The notes under the pieces are model-generated. The model had not been told where the DNA came from, made no database searches, and saw only the letters and a list, made by a program, of their open reading frames with translations. A stretch of 64,000 bases of DNA from assembly GCA_964359735.1 (NCBI GenBank), contig CAYHTZ010000001.1, positions 1,457-65,456 of the forward strand, read 5' to 3'. Positions 26,772 to 36,699 of the stretch are shown here, piece after piece. A program made the position numbers and the translations under genes. The stretch is from an uncultured Candidatus Saccharibacteria bacterium (GTDB lineage: Bacteria; Patescibacteriota; Andersenbacteria; UBA10190). Positions within the stretch are counted from its first letter, which is position 1. Each line of letters opens with the position of its first letter.

Positions 26772-28689
26772 TAGCATCACCCGGGGCAGATGTAGGGCTC
26801 TCCAAAAAAATGTAGTACGTTTTTCCCGCGGAATCTACGATCGGCTCGAACTCAAAGCGGTGGTAGAAGCTGTCCTGAACATCACTAGCATTCACCCGCA
26901 CTGTCCGTACATCCTGTTGCGAAGCAACAAGCCCTGAGCCTGCTTGCAGTGAGCCCGTCGAAGGGCCAACCACTTCACGCACATGCATAATGACATCCTG
27001 CGTGTTATGGCGGCTGCTGAACGTGGCCATGCCGACCTCGATAGCATGCCACCCATTTGTAAGTATCGGCACAAGTTGTCCAACAGTTGCCCCGCCATAT
27101 AACTCACCCACGTGGTTAGGAAAATAGTGCAGCCCACGCGTGTCGTAGACCCATACATACGGCACCCCTTGTATCTCCACCACGTGCGCTACTTTCTCAT
27201 TCTGGAATTCCTCCCATACCTCTGTCGCTGAATTTGCCGGCCCTCTTCCCAGCATGTTTCGATAGAGCACCACAAATCCTACTCGCTCATCAGCCCGTGA
27301 GCTTAAGCCCAACGTTTTTCCTTGAAAATACGCTCGCATGACCCCCGGATACCAGGAAGCTACAAACAACTCCTCCACACTTGGCTGTCTATTAAGCCAA
27401 GCGGCCGCTTCCTCCAAACCCTCTCCCCACCCTTGCTGCGACAGCGGGCGCACATCAAAAAATGGGTTGTTATAGGCAATGCTGTGGGGAATCCAAATAA
27501 AAAGCTGGGCCGCAATTAAAATAGCTATCAGAGACAGGCCTGCCCCGCGAAGCTTTAGCGAAGTGGGGACCCATCCAGAAGCGGTAAATGCAATAGCCAA
27601 CGCCCACCCTGCCACCACTGGCAACACCACCAACCCCGGCAACGCATACCGATCCGCTTTCTTCGCAGCGATCGTTATAAAAATCAAGAATCCTAAAGCA
27701 TAAACAATTAACCAAATGACATTAGAAGCCTGTGGAGACACCGTAGAGCGAAGATCCCGCGAAGCTTTAGCGAAGTGGGATCGCAGCAGAGTCATTGCAC
27801 AAGCAATTAGCGCTCCCGCGCCCAAAATCAATACAAACGGCGTTGTTCTCCCCAGAATCGTACGCACATAGAAGCTAGCGGGGGAAGTCGGCTCTTCTGA
27901 CTCTTCCAATACCACGTGAGTATCCTGAATAACGTAAGGGACTTCACGGCGGAAGTATTTCTCAAGGTCGGCGTAAAACCATAATGCCGGCCATAGGATA
28001 TAGAAAACCAGCGCCGCTATACCTAAGGTGAACCCTAGTCGCCGTACCACCTCCCCTACCCGGGTGCGATAGTCCCAAAGCAGGACCGCAGCGAAGAAGA
28101 GCACTACCCACGCCGTTGGTAAAAATTTCGTCGCCATCGCCAGCCCCAGGAAAACTCCTGCGGCAGCTAACCCTACAAAACCCCCTGCCCGGCGATAGAG
28201 GAGAAAACACAACGCTGCATTCAGCATAAATAGCGCCAGCAGCGCATCCAAGTGCACAATCTGGCTCATACCCACGCCATACGGCTCAAGCGCGAGCAAA
28301 ACTCCGGCAACCACGCCCGGCCACACGCCAAAGAGGCGTTGCAACAGCCAAGTGGCAGCACCAATCAGCCCAGCCACCACTAATACAATCGGCCAGAGTG
28401 CGGCTCGACGGAACTGCACCAAATTCGCTGGCTCCTGAGTAACTCCTAAGCGCTGCTCTTGCAGCATGATTCCCGCGCCAGCTATCCACATAGCCGTGGC
28501 CCCAGGGTGAGTCGTCATAAACGCTCCCCCGGGATCGTGGTCAATGAAGAGGTTGCGATAGAGTCCGGCGCTGCGCAGCATCCAATTTTCCTCATCCACC
28601 GTCATGAAACTGCCCAGCCCGGGCAGGCGCGCTCCTAGGGCAATGATGCCTACTCCAAGAGCAGCCCAAAATACTTTTGATATCCGCAT
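26671..28689 (-). CDS. GT-C fold (PMT/ArnT-like) glycosyltransferase with C-terminal beta domain
   Basis: VDEENW, THPG, VHLDA, KKADRY, GWGEGLE. Confidence 0.87.
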   Translation of the reverse strand: MRISKVFWAALGVGIIALGARLPGLGSFMTVDEENWMLRSAGLYRNLFIDHDPGGAFMTTHPGATAMWIAGAGIMLQEQRLGVTQEPANLVQFRRAALWPIVLVVAGLIGAATWLLQRLFGVWPGVVAGVLLALEPYGVGMSQIVHLDALLALFMLNAALCFLLYRRAGGFVGLAAAGVFLGLAMATKFLPTAWVVLFFAAVLLWDYRTRVGEVVRRLGFTLGIAALVFYILWPALWFYADLEKYFRREVPYVIQDTHVVLEESEEPTSPASFYVRTILGRTTPFVLILGAGALIACAMTLLRSHFAKASRDLRSTVSPQASNVIWLIVYALGFLIFITIAAKKADRYALPGLVVLPVVAGWALAIAFTASGWVPTSLKLRGAGLSLIAILIAAQLFIWIPHSIAYNNPFFDVRPLSQQGWGEGLEEAAAWLNRQPSVEELFVASWYPGVMRAYFQGKTLGLSSRADERVGFVVLYRNMLGRGPANSATEVWEEFQNEKVAHVVEIQGVPYVWVYDTRGLHYFPNHVGELYGGATVGQLVPILTNGWHAIEVGMATFSSRHNTQDVIMHVREVVGPSTGSLQAGSGLVASQQDVRTVRVNASDVQDSFYHRFEFEPIVDSAGKTYYIFLESPTSAPGDAITVRFANSDLAAGEMVKNGTSLPGRDVAYRLPK
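26915..26965 (-). repeat. Family B composite element plus adjacent GCGAAGC mini-hairpin
   Basis: CCCTTCGACGGGCTCACTGCAAGCAGGCTCAGGG, and TGTTGC-GAA-GCAACA on the + strand. Confidence 0.75.
27539..27568 (-). repeat. Family A element (PTSLKLRGAG)
   Basis: CCCCACTTCGCTAAAGCTTCGCGGGGCAGG. Confidence 0.9.
27753..27782 (-). repeat. Family A element (SHFAKASRD)
   Basis: GATCCCACTTCGCTAAAGCTTCGCGGGATC. Confidence 0.9.
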
Positions 28690-28709
28690 CTACCCTGTAT
28701 GATGGGCGC

Positions 28710-29486
28710 ATGTTTCGCCAATGTAAAATTTGTGGAGGAGCGGTTACTCCTCGGCATACGGTAAGCAGCATTACCTACTATCACTGCTCCAGCTGCGATT
28801 TTCTACAGAATTATCATTGGGAGGACCATCACTTCTCCGCCCCGGAACAAGCAGTGGCCAACGATGAAGCCCGGGCCGACCGCTGGCCGGCCGGGAAAAA
28901 GAAAGATATGTATGAAGCCGGCTGGCGCATGCTGGAGCTTCTCACGTCCCCTATCGCCTGGGGCTCTCGGAAGGTTCACAACGTCTTTAAAATAATCCCC
29001 GGATACACTCATCTCACCCGCACCCTCGCCAAACGTCGCCTAAAGCGCGTTCTCGATTTCGGCTGCGGCCACGGCGTCAGCGTACTGGAAATACGCAATC
29101 GCGACGGTATCGACATTATCGGCCTAGACCCCTACAGCCCCACAGCTAGCCCCCACATCGTGCGCAAACCCATTCATGACGCTAACCTCGAACCTGAGTC
29201 TCTTGATGCTATTATCTCTGTGGAAACAATGGAGCACATCTCCGATGTCCTCCCCACATTCCGGGCTCTCCACCGCATACTTCGCCCCGGCGCTGCACTT
29301 TTGATACAAACTCACCGCCTGGAAGACCCCGGGTACATTCGCGACCAAGACAAATGGTTTTACCTAAAAGACCCCAAAACTCACGTCAGTATTTACAGTG
29401 ACCGCGCTCTAGACGAGATCGCCAAGAGAACCGGATTTAGCCGAGCCGAAACCCGCGACATCCGCACCGCCCGCCTTTGGAAATAA
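28710..29486 (+). CDS. Class I SAM methyltransferase
   Basis: CKICG, CSSC, LDFGCGHG, ETMEH, THVSIYS; TATGAT 6 nt before ATG. Confidence 0.85.
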   Translation: MFRQCKICGGAVTPRHTVSSITYYHCSSCDFLQNYHWEDHHFSAPEQAVANDEARADRWPAGKKKDMYEAGWRMLELLTSPIAWGSRKVHNVFKIIPGYTHLTRTLAKRRLKRVLDFGCGHGVSVLEIRNRDGIDIIGLDPYSPTASPHIVRKPIHDANLEPESLDAIISVETMEHISDVLPTFRALHRILRPGAALLIQTHRLEDPGYIRDQDKWFYLKDPKTHVSIYSDRALDEIAKRTGFSRAETRDIRTARLWK

Positions 29487-29492
29487 ACCCAA

Positions 29493-30017
29493 CTAGGCCA
29501 GTGTTGGATATATGCCTGGCGGTTCCGGCTCACGGAATACCTCTGCTCGTTGGATTAGTTCCGTAGTAGTCGCTTGTACTTGCCCCGAACGCTCTAACGC
29601 TTGTATCTCCGAAAGTGTTTTCCACTCTGCTCTAACATGGCCCCCACGAGCCACTACATCAGGCTTTTGCCCCGGAGGAAACTCCACAATCAGAATATCA
29701 ATAGAGCGGTCAACAAATTTAGTTTCATCACGCGGATCAGGCAATCTTCGAAAGACATGGCCACCGCGGCGAAGGTCGTCCTGCCCCACAAGAATCCCTG
29801 TCTCTTCCTCTAATTCACGTGCCGCAGCTTTCCAGGCCAGATCCCCGTCCTCTTCTTCAACCTTACCTCCTGGCAGATTTAATTGATTCGCCCAACGTTT
29901 GCCTGGCGCTCTCTCGAGCAGCAAGTATTCATCCCCGCATTTCACAACAATAACCACAAATGGTCGCACGCCATCCCGCCCGAAATCTGGAATGTCCGCG
30001 GCCTTATTCGTTAACAT
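29493..30017 (-). CDS. NUDIX hydrolase
   Basis: Nudix box PGGKVE...AAARELEEETG. Confidence 0.9.
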   Translation of the reverse strand: MLTNKAADIPDFGRDGVRPFVVIVVKCGDEYLLLERAPGKRWANQLNLPGGKVEEEDGDLAWKAAARELEEETGILVGQDDLRRGGHVFRRLPDPRDETKFVDRSIDILIVEFPPGQKPDVVARGGHVRAEWKTLSEIQALERSGQVQATTTELIQRAEVFREPEPPGIYPTLA

Positions 30018-30027
30018 CCCTCTTCTT

Positions 30028-32682
30028 CTACCGCACCCGCCGGTAAAAGGTCAATGGGTTTGAGCCGTTCTCAACTTCGTGTACCTTCACGAAATCTCTA
30101 GGTAAACCTTGCTCTAAATCGGCGTACTCCACGAAGAAAGAAAATTGGGTTTGCGACTCGTGCAATACCCACTTCGCATCTTTGAATGCTTGTACCATTT
30201 CCTCCGCCGGGGGCAAGAAGGTGTTGAGGCGCTCAGTATCTTTCCTCGTGAACTCATACGCGTACCAACGCGGGTGGGCAATGTCAAGCGACACCGCGTG
30301 CCCTGAAACATACGGAACAAGAGCAGCGCCAGTGAAAACGGGGTCGTCAGGCGGAACATGTTCTTTGGCCCACTGGGCAGCTTCATTAATCGAGCTTTGG
30401 CCAAACGTACCGGTGTGCTCAAACAAGAACGTAATGTAACTTCCCGTATACAGCGCCCAGAACATCACTGCGACCGCGCCAGCCACCACTAGTTTCCGCA
30501 GCACTGCGATCGGCGGGTAATCGCTAGAAAGGAACAAGGGCGCCCGTAAGCGGTCAAAGAGGTACATCACCCCGGGAGCCGCCAATAAAATAAGCGGGGG
30601 AATAAACTCGGCTATATAATTGGCATGGAATTTAATCCAGTTCGTATAGAACACCACAAGTCCCAACATCCACAGCGGCCCCACGAGCGCTGCAGTAACC
30701 TTTGGTAGGAAATCTTTCTGCTTGCTACTTGATATCTGATACTTACTACTAGACATTGGTTGCGTGCTCTTCGGAACTACTGGCGGCTCTTCGAGAAGGC
30801 GAAGCGCATCTTCTTGCTGCCGCGGCATGAGCGCAACCAGCAAAACTCCCAACCCCATCACCCACCACAGCGTGGGAATACCGAGAATACGAAAGGCCTC
30901 GCCTTCATATTCGTTAAAGAATCCCCACGCCCAGCCGAACACTAACAGAGCAGGCACCCAACCCAGCTTTGGCACGTAATGATCCAGGAAGCGAATAGTT
31001 ACGCGAGAGAGGCTGTCCCGCGTAGCCTTGGCGAAGTGGGACAGCCATTCTATGCCAGCGCGTATCGCCCGCTCGCAGGCAATGCCAAACCCTAACAGTC
31101 CAAACCAAATGAGCGCTAACGACTCGCGGAAAAAGGGTGTCATCCCCCGCAGAGAATACGCGCGTATTAATCCGGCATCTTCTTCTGCCACGTTGATCCC
31201 GTCTTCGGCTGAGTTAGCGCCTAACGCTTCCCAAACTCCCTCTACCCCATACGTGAGCCAGGCTACTCCCAAGAAGAGACCGATGACTACTGCAAAACTA
31301 ATGCCCACAGTAAAAAATTGCCGCCAAACCTGCCTGCCCCGCGAAGCCTTGGCGAAGTGAGGGCCATAGAGAAGTATGAAAAGTATCGGGACAAGCCCCA
31401 ACGCCAACATGCTCTTCCGCGAGGCCACGGCGAGTCCCAGCAACACCCCAGCGAGCGCAAACCACCAACTCGCGGCCGGCGCCCTTGGCGCAAAAAGAGA
31501 GGCGCGTGGCGTGGTTCCCCTTAGTGCCATCAGAAGCACGGCGAGACCTGAGATGCCCAAAAATATTGCCACCGGCTGCGTGTGCACGTAGATATCGAAA
31601 ACAATCGCGCTGCCGAAGAATGCCCAAGCCGCAGCTGCTACCAGCCCTGTTTTCTTATCAAATAAATCCCGACCTAAGGAGTAGATGGGGAGAAGTGTTA
31701 AGGCACCGATCACAACACTCGAAAGTCTGCCTGCCAAAATGGTATGGCCAAAAATGAATTGCCAAATTGAAATCCACGCTACTACGAGCGGCGCTTTTAC
31801 ATATCCATCCCCACCCGCGAGGTTCCCCTTGAGTAAAGTCCAGGCATCGTATAAATAGTTTCCTTCATCGGTGGTGAGCGGCAGCTCCAATGCGTACCAG
31901 AGACGCATAAAGAACGCGGCTAAGAGAAGTATGGGCAACCATACGGCCAAGCTTAAAGTATGACGGCGAATCAAGCCTACGCAGACGAGAAACAGCACCG
32001 CGGGGAGCGCTAGCCTAGCCCACAACCAATATGTGCTTTTTTTCTCATCCCACGTGCCGATAAACGTCCGCGCGTATCCTTGTGCCTTGGTCCAGACAGC
32101 CTCGCGCGCTGTGACCGTGTGGTACGTTTCAAAAACCACATCAATCGTCGGCTTCCCGGCCGCGGCCAGGGTTGCCGGATCAGTCACCGCCGAGCCTTGA
32201 TCCTTGACTATAAATGCCGAGCCTAAGTGATAAGGGTCTTGGGTATTGAGATCCACCGTCACCGCGTTACCCGGCGTACTCTCCGGCGAAACCAAAAAGA
32301 AGAAGTATGTTTTGCCTTTAGAATCAGGAATTGGATCAAAAGTAAAACGATGGAATTGATTGTCACGAAGCTCGCTGGCTGACACCGACGCCACTCGTAC
32401 ATCTTCTTTTGCCGAAAGCCCCTCGCGTACATGGAGCTTCACAAGCTGCGTGTTGTCTCGATTCGAGTACGTCGCGAACATCACCGAGAGGCCCGATAAA
32501 TCATCTTTCTGTGCTACGAATGTCTGCCCCACCAACACATCGCGCACTATTTCCCCCGCGTTCGTGGTGTATTTCCCAATTTGCGTCTCAACTAATCTCA
32601 CTTTCACAAATTGGCTCGCAATCGTAGCCGCCGCTACCAGAAGTACAATCATCCCCAGCGCAAATTTTGTCGTCGTCTTCAC
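30028..32682 (-). CDS. GT-C fold glycosyltransferase with N-terminal beta domain
   Basis: TDEGNY, KAP, GRLSS, AHPRW; GTG start. Confidence 0.85.
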   Translation of the reverse strand: MKTTTKFALGMIVLLVAAATIASQFVKVRLVETQIGKYTTNAGEIVRDVLVGQTFVAQKDDLSGLSVMFATYSNRDNTQLVKLHVREGLSAKEDVRVASVSASELRDNQFHRFTFDPIPDSKGKTYFFFLVSPESTPGNAVTVDLNTQDPYHLGSAFIVKDQGSAVTDPATLAAAGKPTIDVVFETYHTVTAREAVWTKAQGYARTFIGTWDEKKSTYWLWARLALPAVLFLVCVGLIRRHTLSLAVWLPILLLAAFFMRLWYALELPLTTDEGNYLYDAWTLLKGNLAGGDGYVKAPLVVAWISIWQFIFGHTILAGRLSSVVIGALTLLPIYSLGRDLFDKKTGLVAAAAWAFFGSAIVFDIYVHTQPVAIFLGISGLAVLLMALRGTTPRASLFAPRAPAASWWFALAGVLLGLAVASRKSMLALGLVPILFILLYGPHFAKASRGRQVWRQFFTVGISFAVVIGLFLGVAWLTYGVEGVWEALGANSAEDGINVAEEDAGLIRAYSLRGMTPFFRESLALIWFGLLGFGIACERAIRAGIEWLSHFAKATRDSLSRVTIRFLDHYVPKLGWVPALLVFGWAWGFFNEYEGEAFRILGIPTLWWVMGLGVLLVALMPRQQEDALRLLEEPPVVPKSTQPMSSSKYQISSSKQKDFLPKVTAALVGPLWMLGLVVFYTNWIKFHANYIAEFIPPLILLAAPGVMYLFDRLRAPLFLSSDYPPIAVLRKLVVAGAVAVMFWALYTGSYITFLFEHTGTFGQSSINEAAQWAKEHVPPDDPVFTGAALVPYVSGHAVSLDIAHPRWYAYEFTRKDTERLNTFLPPAEEMVQAFKDAKWVLHESQTQFSFFVEYADLEQGLPRDFVKVHEVENGSNPLTFYRRVR
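30718..30755. repeat. Heptamer array inside CDS
   Basis: CTGCTTG CTACTTG ATATCTG ATACTTA CTACTAG, encoding SSSKYQISSSKQ. Confidence 0.7.
31011..31046 (-). repeat. Family A element (LSHFAKATRDS)
   Basis: GGCTGTCCCACTTCGCCAAGGCTACGCGGGACAGCC. Confidence 0.9.
31329..31363 (-). repeat. Family A element (PHFAKASRGRQ)
   Basis: CCCTCACTTCGCCAAGGCTTCGCGGGGCAGGCAGG. Confidence 0.9.
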
Positions 32683-33644
32683 CAGTAATGCTTCCTATAC
32701 TTTTTGTAGTACTCCACCATCTGCCGGATGCCATCTTTCAAAGAAACTCTAGCCTGCCAGCCGGTGAGGGATTCTATCTTAGACGTGTCGGCCACGTAGT
32801 TGCCCGTCTCATTCTTCTCATAATTTTCCGGCCAGGGCACGTGCTTTTTGCTGCCGCTACCTACTTCGGCCAGCACCGCGTCCACCATGTCCACAAACTT
32901 CACGCGCTCGTGCGTGCCAATGTTATAGATTTCACCTGCCTCGCCTTTGCCTGCCAGCTGTAAGAACGCATCGACGATGTCGTCCACGTACATGTAATCC
33001 CGCTCCTGTTGGCCATCGCCAAATATTTGGATTTCTTTATCCTCCATGGCGAGCCGCACAAACCAGCCCACAATAGAGTACTTGCTGTGTTTCATCTGCT
33101 GCCTGGGCCCATACGGGTTAGGAATATGTACTGACACCGTGTGTAAGCCAAATGTGTCCGCGTAGTAACGGTAATATTTTTCTCCGAGAAGTTTATGAAT
33201 CCCGTAAACCGAAAGGGGATTCGTAGGGTGGTCCTCTTTCACTGGTGTCGTCAAAATCTTCCCGTACGCCAAGCGCGAGGAGGAAAACAAAATCTTGGCC
33301 TTCGGGTTATGCTCGCGCATGGCTTCTAGCACATTGAGATGTCCCCGGCCATTGATATCTAAATCCAAAAACGGCTGGTCTTTTGAGTCTATGTAGCTCA
33401 CCTGCGCCGCGAAATTGAAGATTAAGTCTTTTTCCTGAACCAGCTTGTCTATTACCTCTTTGTCGCGAATGTCACCTCTAATAAATTCAACCTTGTCCCG
33501 AATCCCTTCCAAATTAAATTCATTTCCTCCGTAGAGAGGCAACATCGCGTCAAGGACAGTCACGGTATCTCCGCGTGCCACCAAAGCATGAGCAAGATTG
33601 CTGCCTATAAATCCGGCGCCGCCCGTAATGAGAACTTTCGCCAT
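32679..33644 (-). CDS. NAD-dependent nucleotide-sugar epimerase/dehydratase
   Basis: LITGGAGFIGS, YGIHK, NPYGPRQ. Confidence 0.9.
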   Translation of the reverse strand: MAKVLITGGAGFIGSNLAHALVARGDTVTVLDAMLPLYGGNEFNLEGIRDKVEFIRGDIRDKEVIDKLVQEKDLIFNFAAQVSYIDSKDQPFLDLDINGRGHLNVLEAMREHNPKAKILFSSSRLAYGKILTTPVKEDHPTNPLSVYGIHKLLGEKYYRYYADTFGLHTVSVHIPNPYGPRQQMKHSKYSIVGWFVRLAMEDKEIQIFGDGQQERDYMYVDDIVDAFLQLAGKGEAGEIYNIGTHERVKFVDMVDAVLAEVGSGSKKHVPWPENYEKNETGNYVADTSKIESLTGWQARVSLKDGIRQMVEYYKKYRKHYW

Positions 33645-33653
33645 TCCTTTAGC

Positions 33654-34796
33654 TTACGACTTCGCGTACTTCAAGTACAGTTCGTGATACTGCTGCATAA
33701 TGTTGCCCCAATCGTACTTCATAGCCATCTCTCGGCTGACGTTCCCCATTTTTTTGCGCACCTCCACATTGTTAATTAGGGTAGCCAAATCCTGGGCTAG
33801 TTTTTCAGTGTCTTCACCAGGAATCAAGAATCCATTTCCACCTTCTTTGACAATCTCGTTATTACCTCCGACATCACTGGCCACGATGGGGAGCCCTACG
33901 CCCATCGCCTCTAAAATCACCGCTGGCATGCCTTCATAAAGAGAAGTCAGCACAAAAATATCCGCATACTGATACGACTTCTCCAGCTGGTCGTAGGGAA
34001 CTGTACCTACGTACTGGATCAAGTCCGTCACACCACGTTCCTCGGCCATTTGGTCGAGGGTAGTACGAAACGCGCCGCTGCCCACCACTTCCACTACAAA
34101 GGGAACCTTTGCCAGCTCGCGCAAGCGCGGCAGCGCCTTAATCACTCGCTGGAAACCCTTGCGCTCAATCAGGCGGCCGATAAACAATACTTTTACTTTA
34201 GCGTTTGCCGGCCGTTCGATAGGCTTAAAACGCTCAGTCTCTACCCCATTCGGTATCATCAAGAACTCGCTTTCTGGGTCAGCCTTCTTTCCCAACCGCA
34301 CCAGCTCATCTGAACACACCGTCCGAAACTCGGCGCGGCGCCAGATCACGCGCAGGAGTGGAGCAATAATCGGATATAAATTTTTGTAGCGCGAAGGGTT
34401 AGCGCCAGGGATGTCCGAACCGCCAAAATACACCGCGTAGGGAATGCCTCGCAGGTATGAAATGATCCACGCCACCCAACCTGCCGGCAAGGCAAAATAC
34501 GCCTGAATAAAATCCATTTGGTGCTGCAACGTATAGAAGAGTGTATAAACCAATGCGGAGACACCAAACGTTACCAATTCCCACGGCGCGGAGAAATCCT
34601 TAAAGCGACGGATTGCCGGAATACGGATCACCTTCGCTCCTTCCACCGTCTCTGTTTTAGGCAACCCCTTGAAAGAAGAGGTAATGAGCGTCACCTCATG
34701 CCCCGCTTTCACAAGATATCGCAGGGCGTATTTCGTTACCGTTGAACCACCGCCGCCGATCGGCGGGAACTCATTGTTAATCAGCAGCAGCTTCAT
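33654..34796 (-). CDS. GT4 glycosyltransferase
   Basis: EFPPIGGG, GRLIERKG, EGMPAVILEAM. Confidence 0.9.
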   Translation of the reverse strand: MKLLLINNEFPPIGGGGSTVTKYALRYLVKAGHEVTLITSSFKGLPKTETVEGAKVIRIPAIRRFKDFSAPWELVTFGVSALVYTLFYTLQHQMDFIQAYFALPAGWVAWIISYLRGIPYAVYFGGSDIPGANPSRYKNLYPIIAPLLRVIWRRAEFRTVCSDELVRLGKKADPESEFLMIPNGVETERFKPIERPANAKVKVLFIGRLIERKGFQRVIKALPRLRELAKVPFVVEVVGSGAFRTTLDQMAEERGVTDLIQYVGTVPYDQLEKSYQYADIFVLTSLYEGMPAVILEAMGVGLPIVASDVGGNNEIVKEGGNGFLIPGEDTEKLAQDLATLINNVEVRKKMGNVSREMAMKYDWGNIMQQYHELYLKYAKS

Positions 34797-35730
34797 TAAA
34801 CCCCTTCGTTGTCTTAATTGAATATAGTTTCTTTTCCGCGTAGTAGGTGTGCGCCACTACATCCGCCAGCACTCCCGTGAGCAAAAACTGAAACCCCAGC
34901 AGTACCAGCAGCACGGCCAAGAGCGGAGATGACCGCCCTGCCAAGCTAATCACTCTGAGTAGCCACAGGAGCCCCAACATCCCGCCAAGGATGAACCCAA
35001 CCGCGATAAAGGCCGCCCCAATCGCCCCGAAGAAGTGCATCGGGCGGGCCGAATACTGAATCCAAAACTTCACCACCAAAAGATCCAAAAACCCCTTGAG
35101 CTTCTTTTTAATAGAATATTTGGTTTGCCCGCTCTGGCGCGGATGGTGTCGGACGGGAGCCTCTCCCACTTTAAACCCCTTCCAGGCTAGGAGCGCCGTA
35201 ATATACCGATGCATCTCCCCGTACAACTCTAAGTCCTGCAGGGCCTCCCGCCGGTACACTTTGAGGCTGCAACCATGGTCATGAATTTTTTCACCAGTAA
35301 CCCACCGACGTAGTGAATTTCCAATTCTGCTGCCCAACATGAGTAGCTGGTTATCTTTCCGCTTTTGCCGCCAACCGGATACCACGTCGTAGCCTTCTTC
35401 TAATTTGGCGAGCAGCTTAGGAATGTCCTCTGGATCATTCTGCAAATCTGCATCGAGCACGATCACTACCTCTCCCGCGGCGTGGTCAAACCCAGCCGAC
35501 CACCCGGCAGTTTGCCCGAACTTTTTGCGAAATTGGATCAGCTTGACTCGAGGGTCCTGCCCAGCGAGCTGGCTAATAATTTCTCCGGTACGGTCGGTGG
35601 AGCCGTCGTCAACCATGATCAGTTCCCACTCGCCAACGGCATCCATAACTTTCTTCACAGCGTCGTGGAGCGGGCGAACGTTTTCCTCCTCATTATGTGC
35701 GGGGACAACAATCGAATATTTCACTGGCAT
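34777..35730 (-). CDS. GT2 undecaprenyl-phosphate glycosyltransferase (ArnC/GtrB-like)
   Basis: VPAHNE, DDGSTD, LDADLQNDP, two C-terminal TM helices. Confidence 0.9.
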   Translation of the reverse strand: MPVKYSIVVPAHNEEENVRPLHDAVKKVMDAVGEWELIMVDDGSTDRTGEIISQLAGQDPRVKLIQFRKKFGQTAGWSAGFDHAAGEVVIVLDADLQNDPEDIPKLLAKLEEGYDVVSGWRQKRKDNQLLMLGSRIGNSLRRWVTGEKIHDHGCSLKVYRREALQDLELYGEMHRYITALLAWKGFKVGEAPVRHHPRQSGQTKYSIKKKLKGFLDLLVVKFWIQYSARPMHFFGAIGAAFIAVGFILGGMLGLLWLLRVISLAGRSSPLLAVLLVLLGFQFLLTGVLADVVAHTYYAEKKLYSIKTTKGFNEAAAD

Positions 35731-35808
35731 AGACTTTAGTATAGGCTACGAAAACCAAATAATATGGAAAAATAGCGAAAAGTCAACCTTCCACTACCTG
35801 GTCAATCC

Positions 35809-36690
35809 CTACGGATTCTCTTCAACAATCTCCAGCAAATACTCGCCGTACCCACTTTTGATAAGATCTTGAGCTAGCTGTTTTAATTGGCCTTTGCCAA
35901 TGTACCCCATCCGGTAGGCAACCTCTTCTAGGCAACCAATCTTGAGCCCCTGTCGCTCTTCAATGATCTGCACGAAATTAGCGGCCTGTAGGAGAGATCG
36001 ATGCGTTCCTGTATCCAACCAGGCCGTCCCGCGGCTCAAGACTGAGACGCGCAGTTTTCCTTCTGATAAATAGCGATTGTTAACATCGGTGATTTCCAGT
36101 TCCCCGCGGTCAGAAGGGCTGAGACCCTTGGCAATACCTACTACCTCGTTATCAAAGAAATACACCCCCGGTACCGCAAAATGGGATTTAGGCTGTTTCG
36201 GTTTCTCTTCAATCGAGACCGCCTTGCCGTCCTCATCGAATTCAACTACGCCGTATCGCCCTGGGTCGACGACGTGGTAGGCGAAAATCATTCCGCCGCC
36301 TTCATCCTCAACCTGCGCGCGGGCAGATTGCACCGTCGTACTTAACTCATTCCCATAAAAAATATTATCGCCTAAAATGAGCGCCACACCATCTTTACCT
36401 ACAAATTTCTGGCCGATAATGAAGGCTTGCGCCAAGCCTTCCGGCTTGGGCTGGGAAGCATACTGGAATTTCATACCTAACCGCGAGCCGTCGCCTAAGA
36501 GTTTTTCGTACTGAGGCAAGTCATACGGAGTGGAAATAATCAAAATTTCACTAATGCCTGCCAGCATGAGCGTGCTAATGGGGTAGTACACCATCGGCTT
36601 GTCATAAACAGGCATGAGCTGTTTACTCACCGGGATGGTCAGCGGGTACAGCCGCGTTCCCGATCCCCCGGCCAGAACAATTCCTTTCAT
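35809..36690 (-). CDS. rfbA: Glucose-1-phosphate thymidylyltransferase
   Basis: [36 protein letters not shown]. Confidence 0.96.
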   Translation of the reverse strand: MKGIVLAGGSGTRLYPLTIPVSKQLMPVYDKPMVYYPISTLMLAGISEILIISTPYDLPQYEKLLGDGSRLGMKFQYASQPKPEGLAQAFIIGQKFVGKDGVALILGDNIFYGNELSTTVQSARAQVEDEGGGMIFAYHVVDPGRYGVVEFDEDGKAVSIEEKPKQPKSHFAVPGVYFFDNEVVGIAKGLSPSDRGELEITDVNNRYLSEGKLRVSVLSRGTAWLDTGTHRSLLQAANFVQIIEERQGLKIGCLEEVAYRMGYIGKGQLKQLAQDLIKSGYGEYLLEIVEENP

Positions 36691-36699
36691 AGGCTCATA

